This document shows, in pieces, positions 20,739 to 29,158 of a stretch of DNA of 64,000 nt. Origin of the DNA: Propioniciclava sp. (lineage in GTDB: Bacteria; Actinomycetota; Actinomycetes; Propionibacteriales; Propionibacteriaceae); NCBI GenBank assembly GCA_047973315.1, contig JBKEBV010000102.1:1102-65101 (forward strand), written 5' to 3'. A program made the translations under genes and the position numbers. How positions within the stretch are numbered: position 1 is the stretch's first letter; every line of letters starts with the position of its first letter. Below the pieces are notes generated by a model that saw only the letters and a list, made by a program, of their open reading frames with translations, was not told the DNA's origin and did no database searches.

Positions 20739-20885
20739 GCCCGGGACGGGAAGCAGCCTCCCGATCACGGCCGTTCCCCGCACGCTCGCGCTGAGAGGCC
20801 GGTTGGCGCGGTGGGGATGCGGACGCTCCCCGCGCGCTGAAGCTGAGGGCTCGGTGGCAATGGCCGCCGCAGGCAACCGGACAGC

Positions 20886-20921
20886 CAGAAACCCCCGGTA
20901 TCCCTCCACCGGGGGTTTCTG
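20886..20921 (-). terminator. Strong stem-loop directly after the lipoprotein (pseudo)gene stop
   Basis: Perfect 14-bp stem CAGAAACCCCCGGT / ACCGGGGGTTTCTG with an 8-nt loop. It begins 9 nt after the frame-C stop at 20930-20932. Confidence 0.55.
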
Positions 20922-20929
20922 CCCGAACC

Positions 20930-21443
20930 TCAGATGCTGAGGTGGTCCAGAGGTGAGCAGTCAAGCTGGATCACTGCTCGCCCAGAGCGGGTGCCGACCA
21001 CATGACCCGCGGTTGGGTGCTGGCCGTTGACCCGAACACTGTCGACACCGCCGATACCGGCGGCGCAACGGATCAGCTGACCGGTACCCCAGCGCGAAGA
21101 ACCGCCGTGAGGAACCACGGAGCCGATCCGCTCAACCTGCCGGGTGCCGGATCAGGTCGGCTCGGCGGGCGAAGCGGCCGTCCACGTCGATTCGGGTGCG
21201 GGGTTTCCGGTGCCCGTCGATGTGGAGCCCTAAGAAACCTCCCGGGAGCGCCGTTCCTGCGCTGCCCGCTGCCGCTCCGATCGGGACTGCTGCCGCAACT
21301 CCGATGCGGACGCGTCGGACTGTGCGGCCGACGGAACGAGGGAGGACGGCTCCCCGGCGAGCCCCTCCGCCTGGGCACCACCACAGGCGGTCAGCGCGAG
21401 AGAGACGAGGGCGACGGGAAGGACAGGCGACGCGTCGATTCAT
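20930..21443 (-). pseudogene. Small lipoprotein gene, disrupted (start out of frame, two in-frame stops)
   Basis: ATG at 21443-21441 (MNRR...) is offset by one base from the frame with clearly higher third-position G+C. That frame encodes ...PVLPVALVSLALTAC|GGAQAEG (lipobox LTAC). The same frame runs to 20930 but contains TAG (21230-21232) and TGA (21152-21154). Confidence 0.4.
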
Positions 21444-21611
21444 GGAGGGGATGCTCCTGGGGGTGTTGGCCTTGTGCAGTTCCTGAGAGATTTCCGGAGT
21501 GTCTGAGAAATTCTCAGTATCAGAGTACAGGCTGATCGCCAGACGTCAACTCCCTCGCCTTCGGTAGCGGGGATTCAGCGCGAATCACCCGCTGACTCAG
21601 GACCTCAGCTC

Positions 21612-22811
21612 TCACGGGCCCGGCGGCGGTCCGGGGTCGCCCGGTGCACCGCGCAGCATCTGCTCGGCGGCCTGCCCGATGCGCCGGGCCAACCGGTGCG
21701 CAGGCGCCTCGATCCAACGCGCGAACCCGTGGGCGATCAGCAGCGATGCCGGCCAGGCGATCACGAGGGCTGTCCACTCACCGGCGGGGAAGGTCAGCAA
21801 CCGGGCCGTGGTGATCACCGGCTCGTGGATCAGGTAGAGGGAGAACGACACCGTCCCCAACCATTGGCACAGCCGCGACCTGAGCAGCCGCCGCAACGGC
21901 CGATACCAGGCTGCTGCCACCACGAGGGTCGCCACCCCGACCACGGTGTCGGGGCCCACCAGGCTGCTCGGGGCAGGCAGCCCGAGTCCGACCAGGCTCC
22001 ACCGCACCGTCGTCAGTCCCAGGGCCAGGGTCAGGATCGCCGGCCAGGCACCGCGCCATCGGCTCAACCGCTGGGCCAGCACCCCCACCTGGCCCCAGGC
22101 GGCGGCCAGGACGGCACCCACCGCGAAGACCGGGAGGTGGATCGCCGCCGGTATGCCCAGACGCTCCCCGGCCAGCATCACCAGCAGCAGCGCGGCGACG
22201 GCCAGCCACCACCAGCGCCGACACCACAACGCCGCCAGCACGAACAACGGCAGCAGCAGGCTGAAGAACACCTCCCACGGCAGCGACCACAGCGGGGTGT
22301 TCACCCCGGAGGTCCCCAGCAGGAGGGTCGCGTCCAAGGCGATGCCGCGCCAGTCGTAGCCATCGGCATGGATCGCCATCCACGAACCGAGCGCCGGGTC
22401 GCTGAACCGTGGCACCAGGGTGACCAGGAGCAGCGTGACCAGGACCGCGGCCCACACCGGCAGGTACAGCCGCGCGACCCGGCGTCCGAAGTAGCCGAAC
22501 CAGGAGAACCGCTCCCCGGACCGCAGCACCGGGAGCGTGAGGACGACGCCACTGAGCACGAAGAAGAGCCACACCGCCTCTCCGCCGGCCCAGACCAGGT
22601 GCGCCGGGGTGTAGGTCAGCCACCAGGCAGCCGTCCCTGCCGCGGGCCCAGCCGGCCCGAGGTAGGCGCCGGCGAACGCCGGAAAGGTCAGCAGGCCATG
22701 ATGGATCATGACGATCAGGGCGGCGACGCCGCGCAGGCCGTCGAGGGACGGCAGCCGGCCGGCCGACGCCGGGACGTCCGCGCTCCCCGTAGACTCACGC
22801 TGCGTGATCAA
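21612..22811 (-). CDS. Acyltransferase-3 family membrane protein (OafA/YrhL-like)
   Basis: RLPSLDGLRGVAALIVMIHH signature followed by about 10 TM helices. The start is uncertain. TTG at 22811 has GGAG 9 nt upstream. The ATG at 22961 would overlap the methyltransferase gene by about 150 nt. Confidence 0.75.
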   Translation of the reverse strand: MITQRESTGSADVPASAGRLPSLDGLRGVAALIVMIHHGLLTFPAFAGAYLGPAGPAAGTAAWWLTYTPAHLVWAGGEAVWLFFVLSGVVLTLPVLRSGERFSWFGYFGRRVARLYLPVWAAVLVTLLLVTLVPRFSDPALGSWMAIHADGYDWRGIALDATLLLGTSGVNTPLWSLPWEVFFSLLLPLFVLAALWCRRWWWLAVAALLLVMLAGERLGIPAAIHLPVFAVGAVLAAAWGQVGVLAQRLSRWRGAWPAILTLALGLTTVRWSLVGLGLPAPSSLVGPDTVVGVATLVVAAAWYRPLRRLLRSRLCQWLGTVSFSLYLIHEPVITTARLLTFPAGEWTALVIAWPASLLIAHGFARWIEAPAHRLARRIGQAAEQMLRGAPGDPGPPPGP

Positions 22812-23859
22812 GTACCTGGGCTCCAAACGAGTCCTCGTGCCCGTCCTGGGTGCACTGGCGGCGGCCTCCGGTGCCACCACGGCGGTGGACCTGTTCACCG
22901 GGACCACCCGGGTCGCCCGGGAGTTCAAACGCCTCGGGCTGGCCGTCACCGCAACCGACATCGCCAGCTACAGCAGCGTTCTCGCCGACTGCTACATCGC
23001 CACCGATGCCACCACGGTCGACCGTGAAGAGCTGGCCGGCATCCTGGACCGGCTCAACGCCCTGCCGGGACGCCCGGGCTACGTGACCCGGACCTTCTGC
23101 GAGGAGGCACGCTATTTCCAGCCCGCCAATGGTGCGCGGATCGACGCCATCCGGGACGCCATCGAGGCTGACTACGCCGGCCACCGGCTCTATCCGGTCC
23201 TGCTCACCAGCCTGATGCTGGCTGCCGACCGGGTCGACTCGACCACCGGGGTCCAAATGGCCTACCTGAAGGGGTGGGCCCCCCGCGCCAGCAATCCTCT
23301 CGACCTGCGGGCCCCCGATCTGCTGCCCGGGCCCGGGACGGCGCGCCTGGGTGATGCGATGACCCTGGTCGACCAGCTCCCCCGGACCGACCTGCTCTAC
23401 CTCGACCCGCCCTACAACCAGCACCGCTATTTCACCAACTACCACGTCTGGGAGACCCTGGTCCGCTGGGACGCCCCCGACCACTACGGCATCGCCTGCA
23501 AACGGGTCGACGCCCGCGACCCGGCCACCAAGAGCGTCTTCAACAGCAAGCCCGCCATGCCGTCGGCCCTGGCCAGCCTGATCCAGCGCGCGCGCGCCGC
23601 ACTGGTGGTTCTCTCCTACAACGACGAGTCGTGGATCACCGCCGACCAGATGATGGCCACCCTCCGCGAGGCCGGCCACGACGATGTCCGGATGCTCGCC
23701 TTCGACGCCCGGCGTTATGTCGGCGCCCAGATCGGCATCCACAACCCGTCCGGGGTCAAGGTCGGACAGGTCAAGCGACTCCGCAACACCGAGTACGTGT
23801 TCCTTGCCGGGGAGCGCTCCCAGGTGGAGGCCTGCGCCCGGGCGGCCGCCACGCGGTAG
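22804..23859 (+). CDS. D12-class N6-adenine DNA methyltransferase (orphan)
   Basis: KYLGSKR at the N-terminus, DLFTGTT (SAM-binding motif I-like) and catalytic DPPY (LYLDPPYNQHRY). The start is taken at GTG 22804. An ATG at 22708 is possible. Confidence 0.8.
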   Translation: MIKYLGSKRVLVPVLGALAAASGATTAVDLFTGTTRVAREFKRLGLAVTATDIASYSSVLADCYIATDATTVDREELAGILDRLNALPGRPGYVTRTFCEEARYFQPANGARIDAIRDAIEADYAGHRLYPVLLTSLMLAADRVDSTTGVQMAYLKGWAPRASNPLDLRAPDLLPGPGTARLGDAMTLVDQLPRTDLLYLDPPYNQHRYFTNYHVWETLVRWDAPDHYGIACKRVDARDPATKSVFNSKPAMPSALASLIQRARAALVVLSYNDESWITADQMMATLREAGHDDVRMLAFDARRYVGAQIGIHNPSGVKVGQVKRLRNTEYVFLAGERSQVEACARAAATR

Positions 23860-23945
23860 CGGCGCCGGCGCCTGGACTGCGACCCACATCATTCCATCCC
23901 CCCTGGCCCGATGGCCGTCGTCTGACCGGCCGCTCCGCGGCGCGA

Positions 23946-24692
23946 TCAGATCGGGCAGTCGATCGTGAGCGTGCTGAGGAACAGGTTCTCCTGGGTTCCC
24001 GGCGAGCCGGTGCTCCAGGCCGTCACGGTGAACGCGGTCATCGCCGTGGTCTGATAGTCGAAGGCGACATTGGCGATGCTGCTGGTGACGTTGTTGTTGT
24101 CGTTGAAGTTGCCCACCGATCGCCACGGGTCGAGCACGGTCCCCGACCCGGTCATGGCACTGCCCAGGCCCGGGGAGGCCGACGGCACCGGGCTGATGGT
24201 CACGTTCTCCCGGTTCTCAACGAGCCCGGCCAGCGCAGGGTTGGGCCCGTCCCAGTCGATATCGGTGACGGCGAAGCGCAGTCCGGTGACCTGCTGACTG
24301 AAGGAGATCGTCCAGTCGGTGCGGTTGGGATACCCGGTGGTGGTCCACTCGTTGTAGTTCAGGGTGATGCTGGAGGTGTAGGGGCCGCCGGTCTGGGCAT
24401 TGCGGTGGAAGTTCACCCCGGAACCGTGCGAGGTGCCGTGGCGCGTCGTCGCGGCGGTGATGGTGAGCTCGGGCCAGACGTCCGGAACGAAGGTGAAGCC
24501 GATCACCTCGGTCACCGCACCAACGGTCTGGGTGGTCTCCAGGTAGGTCCCGTAGCGCCAGTCGATCGCCATCGTGCCACCGGGCGTACACAGCGGAGAG
24601 GCGATCAGGCGGGGGGCGGCAGCGGCGGCGATCACCGCCGGCGCGGCCCACGTGGCTCCCAGAGCGAGGGTTCGACGGGTGATCGTGGCCAT
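23946..24692 (-). CDS. Tat-signal secreted protein of unknown function (paralog A)
   Basis: MATITRRTLALGATWAAPAVIAAAAAP twin-arginine-type signal and GGAAGGGA RBS. It shares blocks with 24896..25810: SPLC..TM.IDW, FVPDVWPELTIT, LRFA.TDID, RENVT, DPW, and a terminal C-P. Confidence 0.7.
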   Translation of the reverse strand: MATITRRTLALGATWAAPAVIAAAAAPRLIASPLCTPGGTMAIDWRYGTYLETTQTVGAVTEVIGFTFVPDVWPELTITAATTRHGTSHGSGVNFHRNAQTGGPYTSSITLNYNEWTTTGYPNRTDWTISFSQQVTGLRFAVTDIDWDGPNPALAGLVENRENVTISPVPSASPGLGSAMTGSGTVLDPWRSVGNFNDNNNVTSSIANVAFDYQTTAMTAFTVTAWSTGSPGTQENLFLSTLTIDCPI

Positions 24693-24895
24693 GCGGGGTA
24701 TCCCTTCCGAGGTGGCGGGGGGCGTCACGCCAGCCACCCGCAGCCCGAGCGCCACAAGCGCATGGCCGTTGCGATGTTCCCCCCTTGTGAGGATCCATAT
24801 TAGGAAGGGAGTGGTGCGATCTTCAACCAATCTTCGCTATTGCTGAGGAAATAACCCAGTTATCCCAAGGGGCGAGATGACTGCCCAGCGGCCGA

Positions 24896-25810
24896 TCACC
24901 AGGCGACCCGCGGGCAGGTGAAGGTCATCGTCGACACGAAGATGTTCTCGGTGTCGATGCGGGGATTCTCGTTCCATGCCTTGACGGTGAAGGAACTGAC
25001 CGAGCTGGCGCCGTAGTCGATGTACACATTGCCGACCGGCGCGGCGTTGTTGTCGGCATTGTAGATCCGGTTCCAGATGGCGTTCTTTTCGGTGGTGGTG
25101 CAGGTGGTGCAGGCCTGATAGTCCTGCCAAGCCTGATCGTTGTAGTAGGTGCTGACCCAGGGATCGGCGTCAGTACCGGCGCCGATGACATCGGTCTCCA
25201 CGGTGGGCGTCGAACCCGGCATCGGGGTCAGCGTGACGTTTTCCCGGTCGCTGAGGGGCGCGGTACCGGGAGCCATCCCGGTGTCGAGGGGGGCGTTGCC
25301 GAAGTCGATGTCGGTGATGGCGAACCGGAGACCGTCCACGGTGACGGGAGCGCCGGTCGCGGTGCTGGTGAAGCTGACCGCCCAGGTCGCATAGTTCGCC
25401 GTGGCACTACCGACATAGGACTGCCCGGCAGCGGGACCGCTGTACCTGTTCTGCCAGCCCAGCACCAGACCGGAGGAGTAGTACCCACCAATCGTCTGGA
25501 CGGAGGCGCCGGCCAGCGGCTCGGCCTTGAGATTCGAGCCCGACCCACGGACCTGCCCCACCCGCGTGGTCGACACGGTGATGGTGAGCTCGGGCCAGAC
25601 GTCGGGGACGAAGGTGACCGATAACGGTTCCCCCCAGGCGTCGGTGGAGGTGACCACCCGGGTACCCCTGAGCCAGTCGATCGTCATCGTGTTCTGCGGG
25701 TCACACAACGGCGAGGCAGCGATCCGCGGCGCCGCTGAGGCGGCCACAACCATCGGTGTCACCCACAGTGCACCAACGGCGAGGGTCCGACGCGAGACAG
25801 GTTGAACCAT
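24896..25810 (-). CDS. Tat-signal secreted protein of unknown function (paralog B)
   Basis: MVQPVSRRTLAVGALWVTPMVVAASAAP signal. Paralog of 23946..24692 with insertions. Confidence 0.7.
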   Translation of the reverse strand: MVQPVSRRTLAVGALWVTPMVVAASAAPRIAASPLCDPQNTMTIDWLRGTRVVTSTDAWGEPLSVTFVPDVWPELTITVSTTRVGQVRGSGSNLKAEPLAGASVQTIGGYYSSGLVLGWQNRYSGPAAGQSYVGSATANYATWAVSFTSTATGAPVTVDGLRFAITDIDFGNAPLDTGMAPGTAPLSDRENVTLTPMPGSTPTVETDVIGAGTDADPWVSTYYNDQAWQDYQACTTCTTTEKNAIWNRIYNADNNAAPVGNVYIDYGASSVSSFTVKAWNENPRIDTENIFVSTMTFTCPRVAW

Positions 25811-25871
25811 GGCATTGTTCCTTCATCCGGACGACGTCCTCCGGAGGCGACGCAGGACACTGACGCGGCTC

Positions 25872-25900
25872 AACCTAAACAGATTCGATTTAAAGTTCAA
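25872..25900 (-). promoter_or_regulatory. Candidate sigma-A promoter for the secreted-paralog pair
   Basis: On the minus strand: TTGAAC (25900-25895), a 17-nt spacer, then TAGGTT (25877-25872) in an AT-rich intergenic patch about 60 nt upstream of the ATG at 25810. Confidence 0.45.
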
Positions 25901-25974
25901 TCATCTGCGTGGGTGACAGCGCCTGAGTGAGCGCGGCGTCCGCCTTGCCCGGTCCCCATCACGGCGGACCCGGA

Positions 25975-27015
25975 TCAGCCGACGTAGGGCTGGTCCCGAT
26001 ACTTGGCGGCATAGGCGTCCATCTGACCGGTCTGGATCGCTATCGCCAGCTCCGCCAGCTGGGGCTCGTCGACAATGTCGATGGCCTGCCCGTCCGGCGA
26101 ACGTCCGAAACCGGCGATGTGCGCCTGGAGCATGACGATGTCGCTGCCCCCGGTTACGCGCATGCTGGTGGCGGTGCTGAAGATCTCCTGGGTGGTCAGG
26201 CCCTCGTCCACGGTGAAGTACTGGCCGAGCGATTCCATCACCGCGTTGAACCTCAGCGGATCGCTGAGCACATCGCGGCTCATCAGCTTCTCCAGAATGG
26301 CCTTGACCATGGCGCGTTGCCGCTCGGCCCGGTCAAGGTCCCCGTTGGGGAGGGTGTAGCGCTGCCGGACATAGACCAGTGCCTCCTCACCCTGAAGGGT
26401 GATCTCCCCGACCGGGAACGTGTGCAGCACCTCGCCGCGCACCACATCCTCCGAAGCGACCCGATTGACGACCGTCACCCCGTCCAGCTCGCCGGTGAGT
26501 CCGATGAAGCCCTCGAAATCGATCTTGACGGCGTGGTCCATCCGGACGCCGACCAGCGACTCCAGCGTCTGCGTCGCCAGCGCGTCGCCACCCCACGCGT
26601 AGGCGGCGTTGATCTTGGCGTGGCCGCGCCCGGGGATCTGCACCCACATGTCGCGGGGGAAGGAGACGATATAGACCTTGTCCCGCTCCGGGGGAACATG
26701 GGCGAGCATCAGCACGTCGCTGCGCCCCCGGTCCCCCTCCCCGCGGGAGTCACTGCCCATCAGCACATAGTTGAAGGAGCCCTCCGCGGCCGCGTCGGCA
26801 GCCGGACGGTCGTCCTCACCTGCGGGCAGGAGCGTGGTGGTGCGCTCCATCTCGCTGACCGTCGTCCAGACCCGCCACAGATAGAAACCTCCGACCACCA
26901 GCGCGAGGGCAACGACCATGCCGACCCCAGCGAAGAACCATCCAACGATCCGTCGGGCCCTGCTGCGGGGTTTCTTCTCCGGCTCGAGCGCCCGGGCCGG
27001 CGTGGCTGAACCCAT
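25975..27015 (-). CDS. LCP (LytR-CpsA-Psr) family cell-wall glycopolymer ligase
   Basis: N-terminal TM anchor. Motifs LMGSDSRGEGDRGRSDVLMLAHV, SFPRDMWV, KINAAYAWGG and DLDRAERQRAMV. Confidence 0.85.
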   Translation of the reverse strand: MGSATPARALEPEKKPRSRARRIVGWFFAGVGMVVALALVVGGFYLWRVWTTVSEMERTTTLLPAGEDDRPAADAAAEGSFNYVLMGSDSRGEGDRGRSDVLMLAHVPPERDKVYIVSFPRDMWVQIPGRGHAKINAAYAWGGDALATQTLESLVGVRMDHAVKIDFEGFIGLTGELDGVTVVNRVASEDVVRGEVLHTFPVGEITLQGEEALVYVRQRYTLPNGDLDRAERQRAMVKAILEKLMSRDVLSDPLRFNAVMESLGQYFTVDEGLTTQEIFSTATSMRVTGGSDIVMLQAHIAGFGRSPDGQAIDIVDEPQLAELAIAIQTGQMDAYAAKYRDQPYVG

Positions 27016-27017
27016 GC

Positions 27018-27137
27018 TCAGACCTCGTCGGTGACGCTGGCCCAGACCTCGGCGTCGCGATCGCGCTGATCGGCCCAGCGACGCCAGACGACCCAGCCCA
27101 CCAGCGTCGCCGCGGCAGCAACCAGCAGTGTCCTCAT
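27018..27137 (-). CDS. Possible 39-aa single-TM protein translationally coupled to the LCP gene
   Basis: MRTLLVAAAATLVGWVVWRRWADQRDRDAEVWASVTDEV. Its TGA stop lies 2 nt before the LCP ATG. High third-position G+C. Confidence 0.35.
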   Translation of the reverse strand: MRTLLVAAAATLVGWVVWRRWADQRDRDAEVWASVTDEV

Positions 27138-27220
27138 GGGCCCAGTGTAGATTTGCGGCTTCTCCGGCTGAGTCCCGTCCACAGGTGACCGACGTCGGCG
27201 GTGCTCGTACGCTGGAGGCG

Positions 27221-28438
27221 ATGAGCACCAGTGAGACGATGTTCCCCAGGGGCGCCACCCAGCGGGACTGGGTGGCGGACGGGATCCTCGCTGCCACACT
27301 CGCGGCCATCTCGGTGATCCCTTACCGACCTCAGGCCGAAGGTGACGCCTCCTACGTGGCGCTGGTCGCCCTGTCCTGGGGTCTGGTGCTCCCCTTGGCC
27401 CTCCGCCGCCACGCCCCGCTGGTGATGCTGGCCCTGGTCACCCTGGCCGGGACCCTGCAGCTGGTGATCATCTCGCAACCCACACCCTCCCTGGTCGCCG
27501 TGCCGATCGTCGCCTACTCGGTAGCGCGCTGGGTCCCGGGCCACGCCTCGCGGAGCGTCGTCGTGGTCGGGATCTTCGCCTCGGTGCTCGGCCCGATGCG
27601 CTGGTACGGCGGGAGTTCGGGCAACCCCAGCATCGACATTCTCTCCTGGGGGGCCTGCATGGGCGCGGTGCTGACCCCGTACGCGGTCGGACGACGCACC
27701 CGCGAACTCGCCGAGGCCCGCGCCAATGACATGCGGATCGCCGAGGAACGCTACGCCCTCCTGCTCGCCGAACGTGATCAGCAGGCTCGTCTGGCGGAGG
27801 CGTCGACCCGGACCATGATCGCCCGCGAACTTCACGACATCGTCGCCCACTCGCTGTCGGTGATGATCGTCCAGGCCGAGGGCGGACACGCCGTCGCCGC
27901 CCGGCAACCCGAGGCCTCCGCCGAGGCCCTCGACACGATCGCGAACACCGGCCGGGAGGCGCTCCACGACCTGCGCCGCATCGTCGGGGTGCTGCGCGGC
28001 AGCTCCGGCGAGCAACCGAGCTATGCCCCCTCGCCGACGCTGCAGGACATCCCCGACCTGGTGGCCCGCACCAGCGACCGCGTCGCCCTGCGGATCCTCG
28101 GTGAACCCCGCCCGGTGCCACCGGCGGTCGAGTTGACCGTCTATCGGGTGGTCCAGGAGGCGCTGACCAATTTCCTCAAACACGCTGGCCCCGACGCCGA
28201 GGCCCGGGTGACCCTCACCTACGGTCTGCGGACGGTGTCGGTCGACATCCTCGACAACGGCATCGGCGTGGCGGACCCGACCGAGGGTGGGGGCAACGGG
28301 CTCCGCGGCATGTACGAGCGCATCACCTCCATGGGCGGACGGCTGCGGGCCGGGCCGCGTGAGGACGGCCCGGGCTTCCACGTCGCCGCTTCCATACCGA
28401 CCCAGAGTTCTCCGACCACCGACCAGCGAAGGACCTGA
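27221..28438 (+). CDS. Sensor histidine kinase, NarL/DesK-type (HisKA_3) with a polytopic membrane sensor
   Basis: GGAGG RBS. About 6 TM helices, H-box ELHDIVAHSLSVMIVQAEG, and ATPase motifs DNGIG and GNGLRGMYER. Confidence 0.85.
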   Translation: MSTSETMFPRGATQRDWVADGILAATLAAISVIPYRPQAEGDASYVALVALSWGLVLPLALRRHAPLVMLALVTLAGTLQLVIISQPTPSLVAVPIVAYSVARWVPGHASRSVVVVGIFASVLGPMRWYGGSSGNPSIDILSWGACMGAVLTPYAVGRRTRELAEARANDMRIAEERYALLLAERDQQARLAEASTRTMIARELHDIVAHSLSVMIVQAEGGHAVAARQPEASAEALDTIANTGREALHDLRRIVGVLRGSSGEQPSYAPSPTLQDIPDLVARTSDRVALRILGEPRPVPPAVELTVYRVVQEALTNFLKHAGPDAEARVTLTYGLRTVSVDILDNGIGVADPTEGGGNGLRGMYERITSMGGRLRAGPREDGPGFHVAASIPTQSSPTTDQRRT

Positions 28439-28441
28439 ACC

Positions 28442-29104
28442 GTGGCATCCATCAGTGTTTTTCTCGCCGACGACCAGGCGCTCGTCCGCAGCGGCTTCCG
28501 AATGCTCATCGACTCCTCCGAGGACATGCGCGTGGTCGGTGAGGCCGCCGACGGCGCCGCCGCCCTGGAGGCCCTCAGCCGGACTGCTGTCGATGTCGTC
28601 CTGATGGACGTGCGGATGCCGGTGCTCGACGGCGTGGAGACCACCCGGCGGATCACCGCCGCAGGCCTGCCGGCCAAGGTCCTGGTCCTGACAACCTTCG
28701 ACCTCGACGAGTATGCGTTCGCCGCCCTGCAGGCCGGGGCGAGCGGGTTCCTGCTCAAGGACGCCCGGCCGGCCGACCTGCTCAGCGCGATTCGGAGCGT
28801 GGCCGCCGGCGACGCCGTGGTCGCGCCCTCCACCACCCGCCGCCTGCTCGACCATGTCGCCCCGACCCTCGCGCACTCCCCGCACGCCCAGGATCCCCGA
28901 CTGGCGCTGCTCACCGAACGGGAGCGGGAGGTTCTCACCGAGGTGGCCGCGGGGCGCACCAACGCCGAGATCGCCAGCGCCCTGTACATGGCTGAGGGCA
29001 CCGTCAAGACCCACATCGGTCGGCTGCTGACCAAACTTCAGGCCCGCGACCGGGTCGGCCTGGTGCTGTTCGCCTACGAGAACGGCCTGGCGGGAACCTC
29101 CTGA
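28442..29104 (+). CDS. Response regulator, NarL/LuxR family
   Basis: Receiver domain (VFLADDQ, VVLMDVRMP) and LuxR HTH LTEREREVLTEVAAGRTNAEIASALYMAEGTVKTHI. Confidence 0.9.
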   Translation: MASISVFLADDQALVRSGFRMLIDSSEDMRVVGEAADGAAALEALSRTAVDVVLMDVRMPVLDGVETTRRITAAGLPAKVLVLTTFDLDEYAFAALQAGASGFLLKDARPADLLSAIRSVAAGDAVVAPSTTRRLLDHVAPTLAHSPHAQDPRLALLTEREREVLTEVAAGRTNAEIASALYMAEGTVKTHIGRLLTKLQARDRVGLVLFAYENGLAGTS

Positions 29105-29158
29105 ACCACCGTGGACCGCAGCAAGTCGCTGACCAACGGACAACGGTGAAAGCCGGCC

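Noticed and set aside
21002-21535. 177-aa plus-strand ORF, together with several overlapping 60-100-aa ORFs, in the 20.7-21.6 kb gap
   Set aside because: These have Arg/Gly-rich composition and no motifs. The only frame with coherent codon bias is the disrupted minus-strand lipoprotein frame.
27134-29143. 669-aa minus-strand ORF covering the histidine kinase and response regulator genes
   Set aside because: It is antisense to two genes with unmistakable catalytic motifs. Its composition is Gly/Arg/Pro/Asp-rich with no recognisable family.
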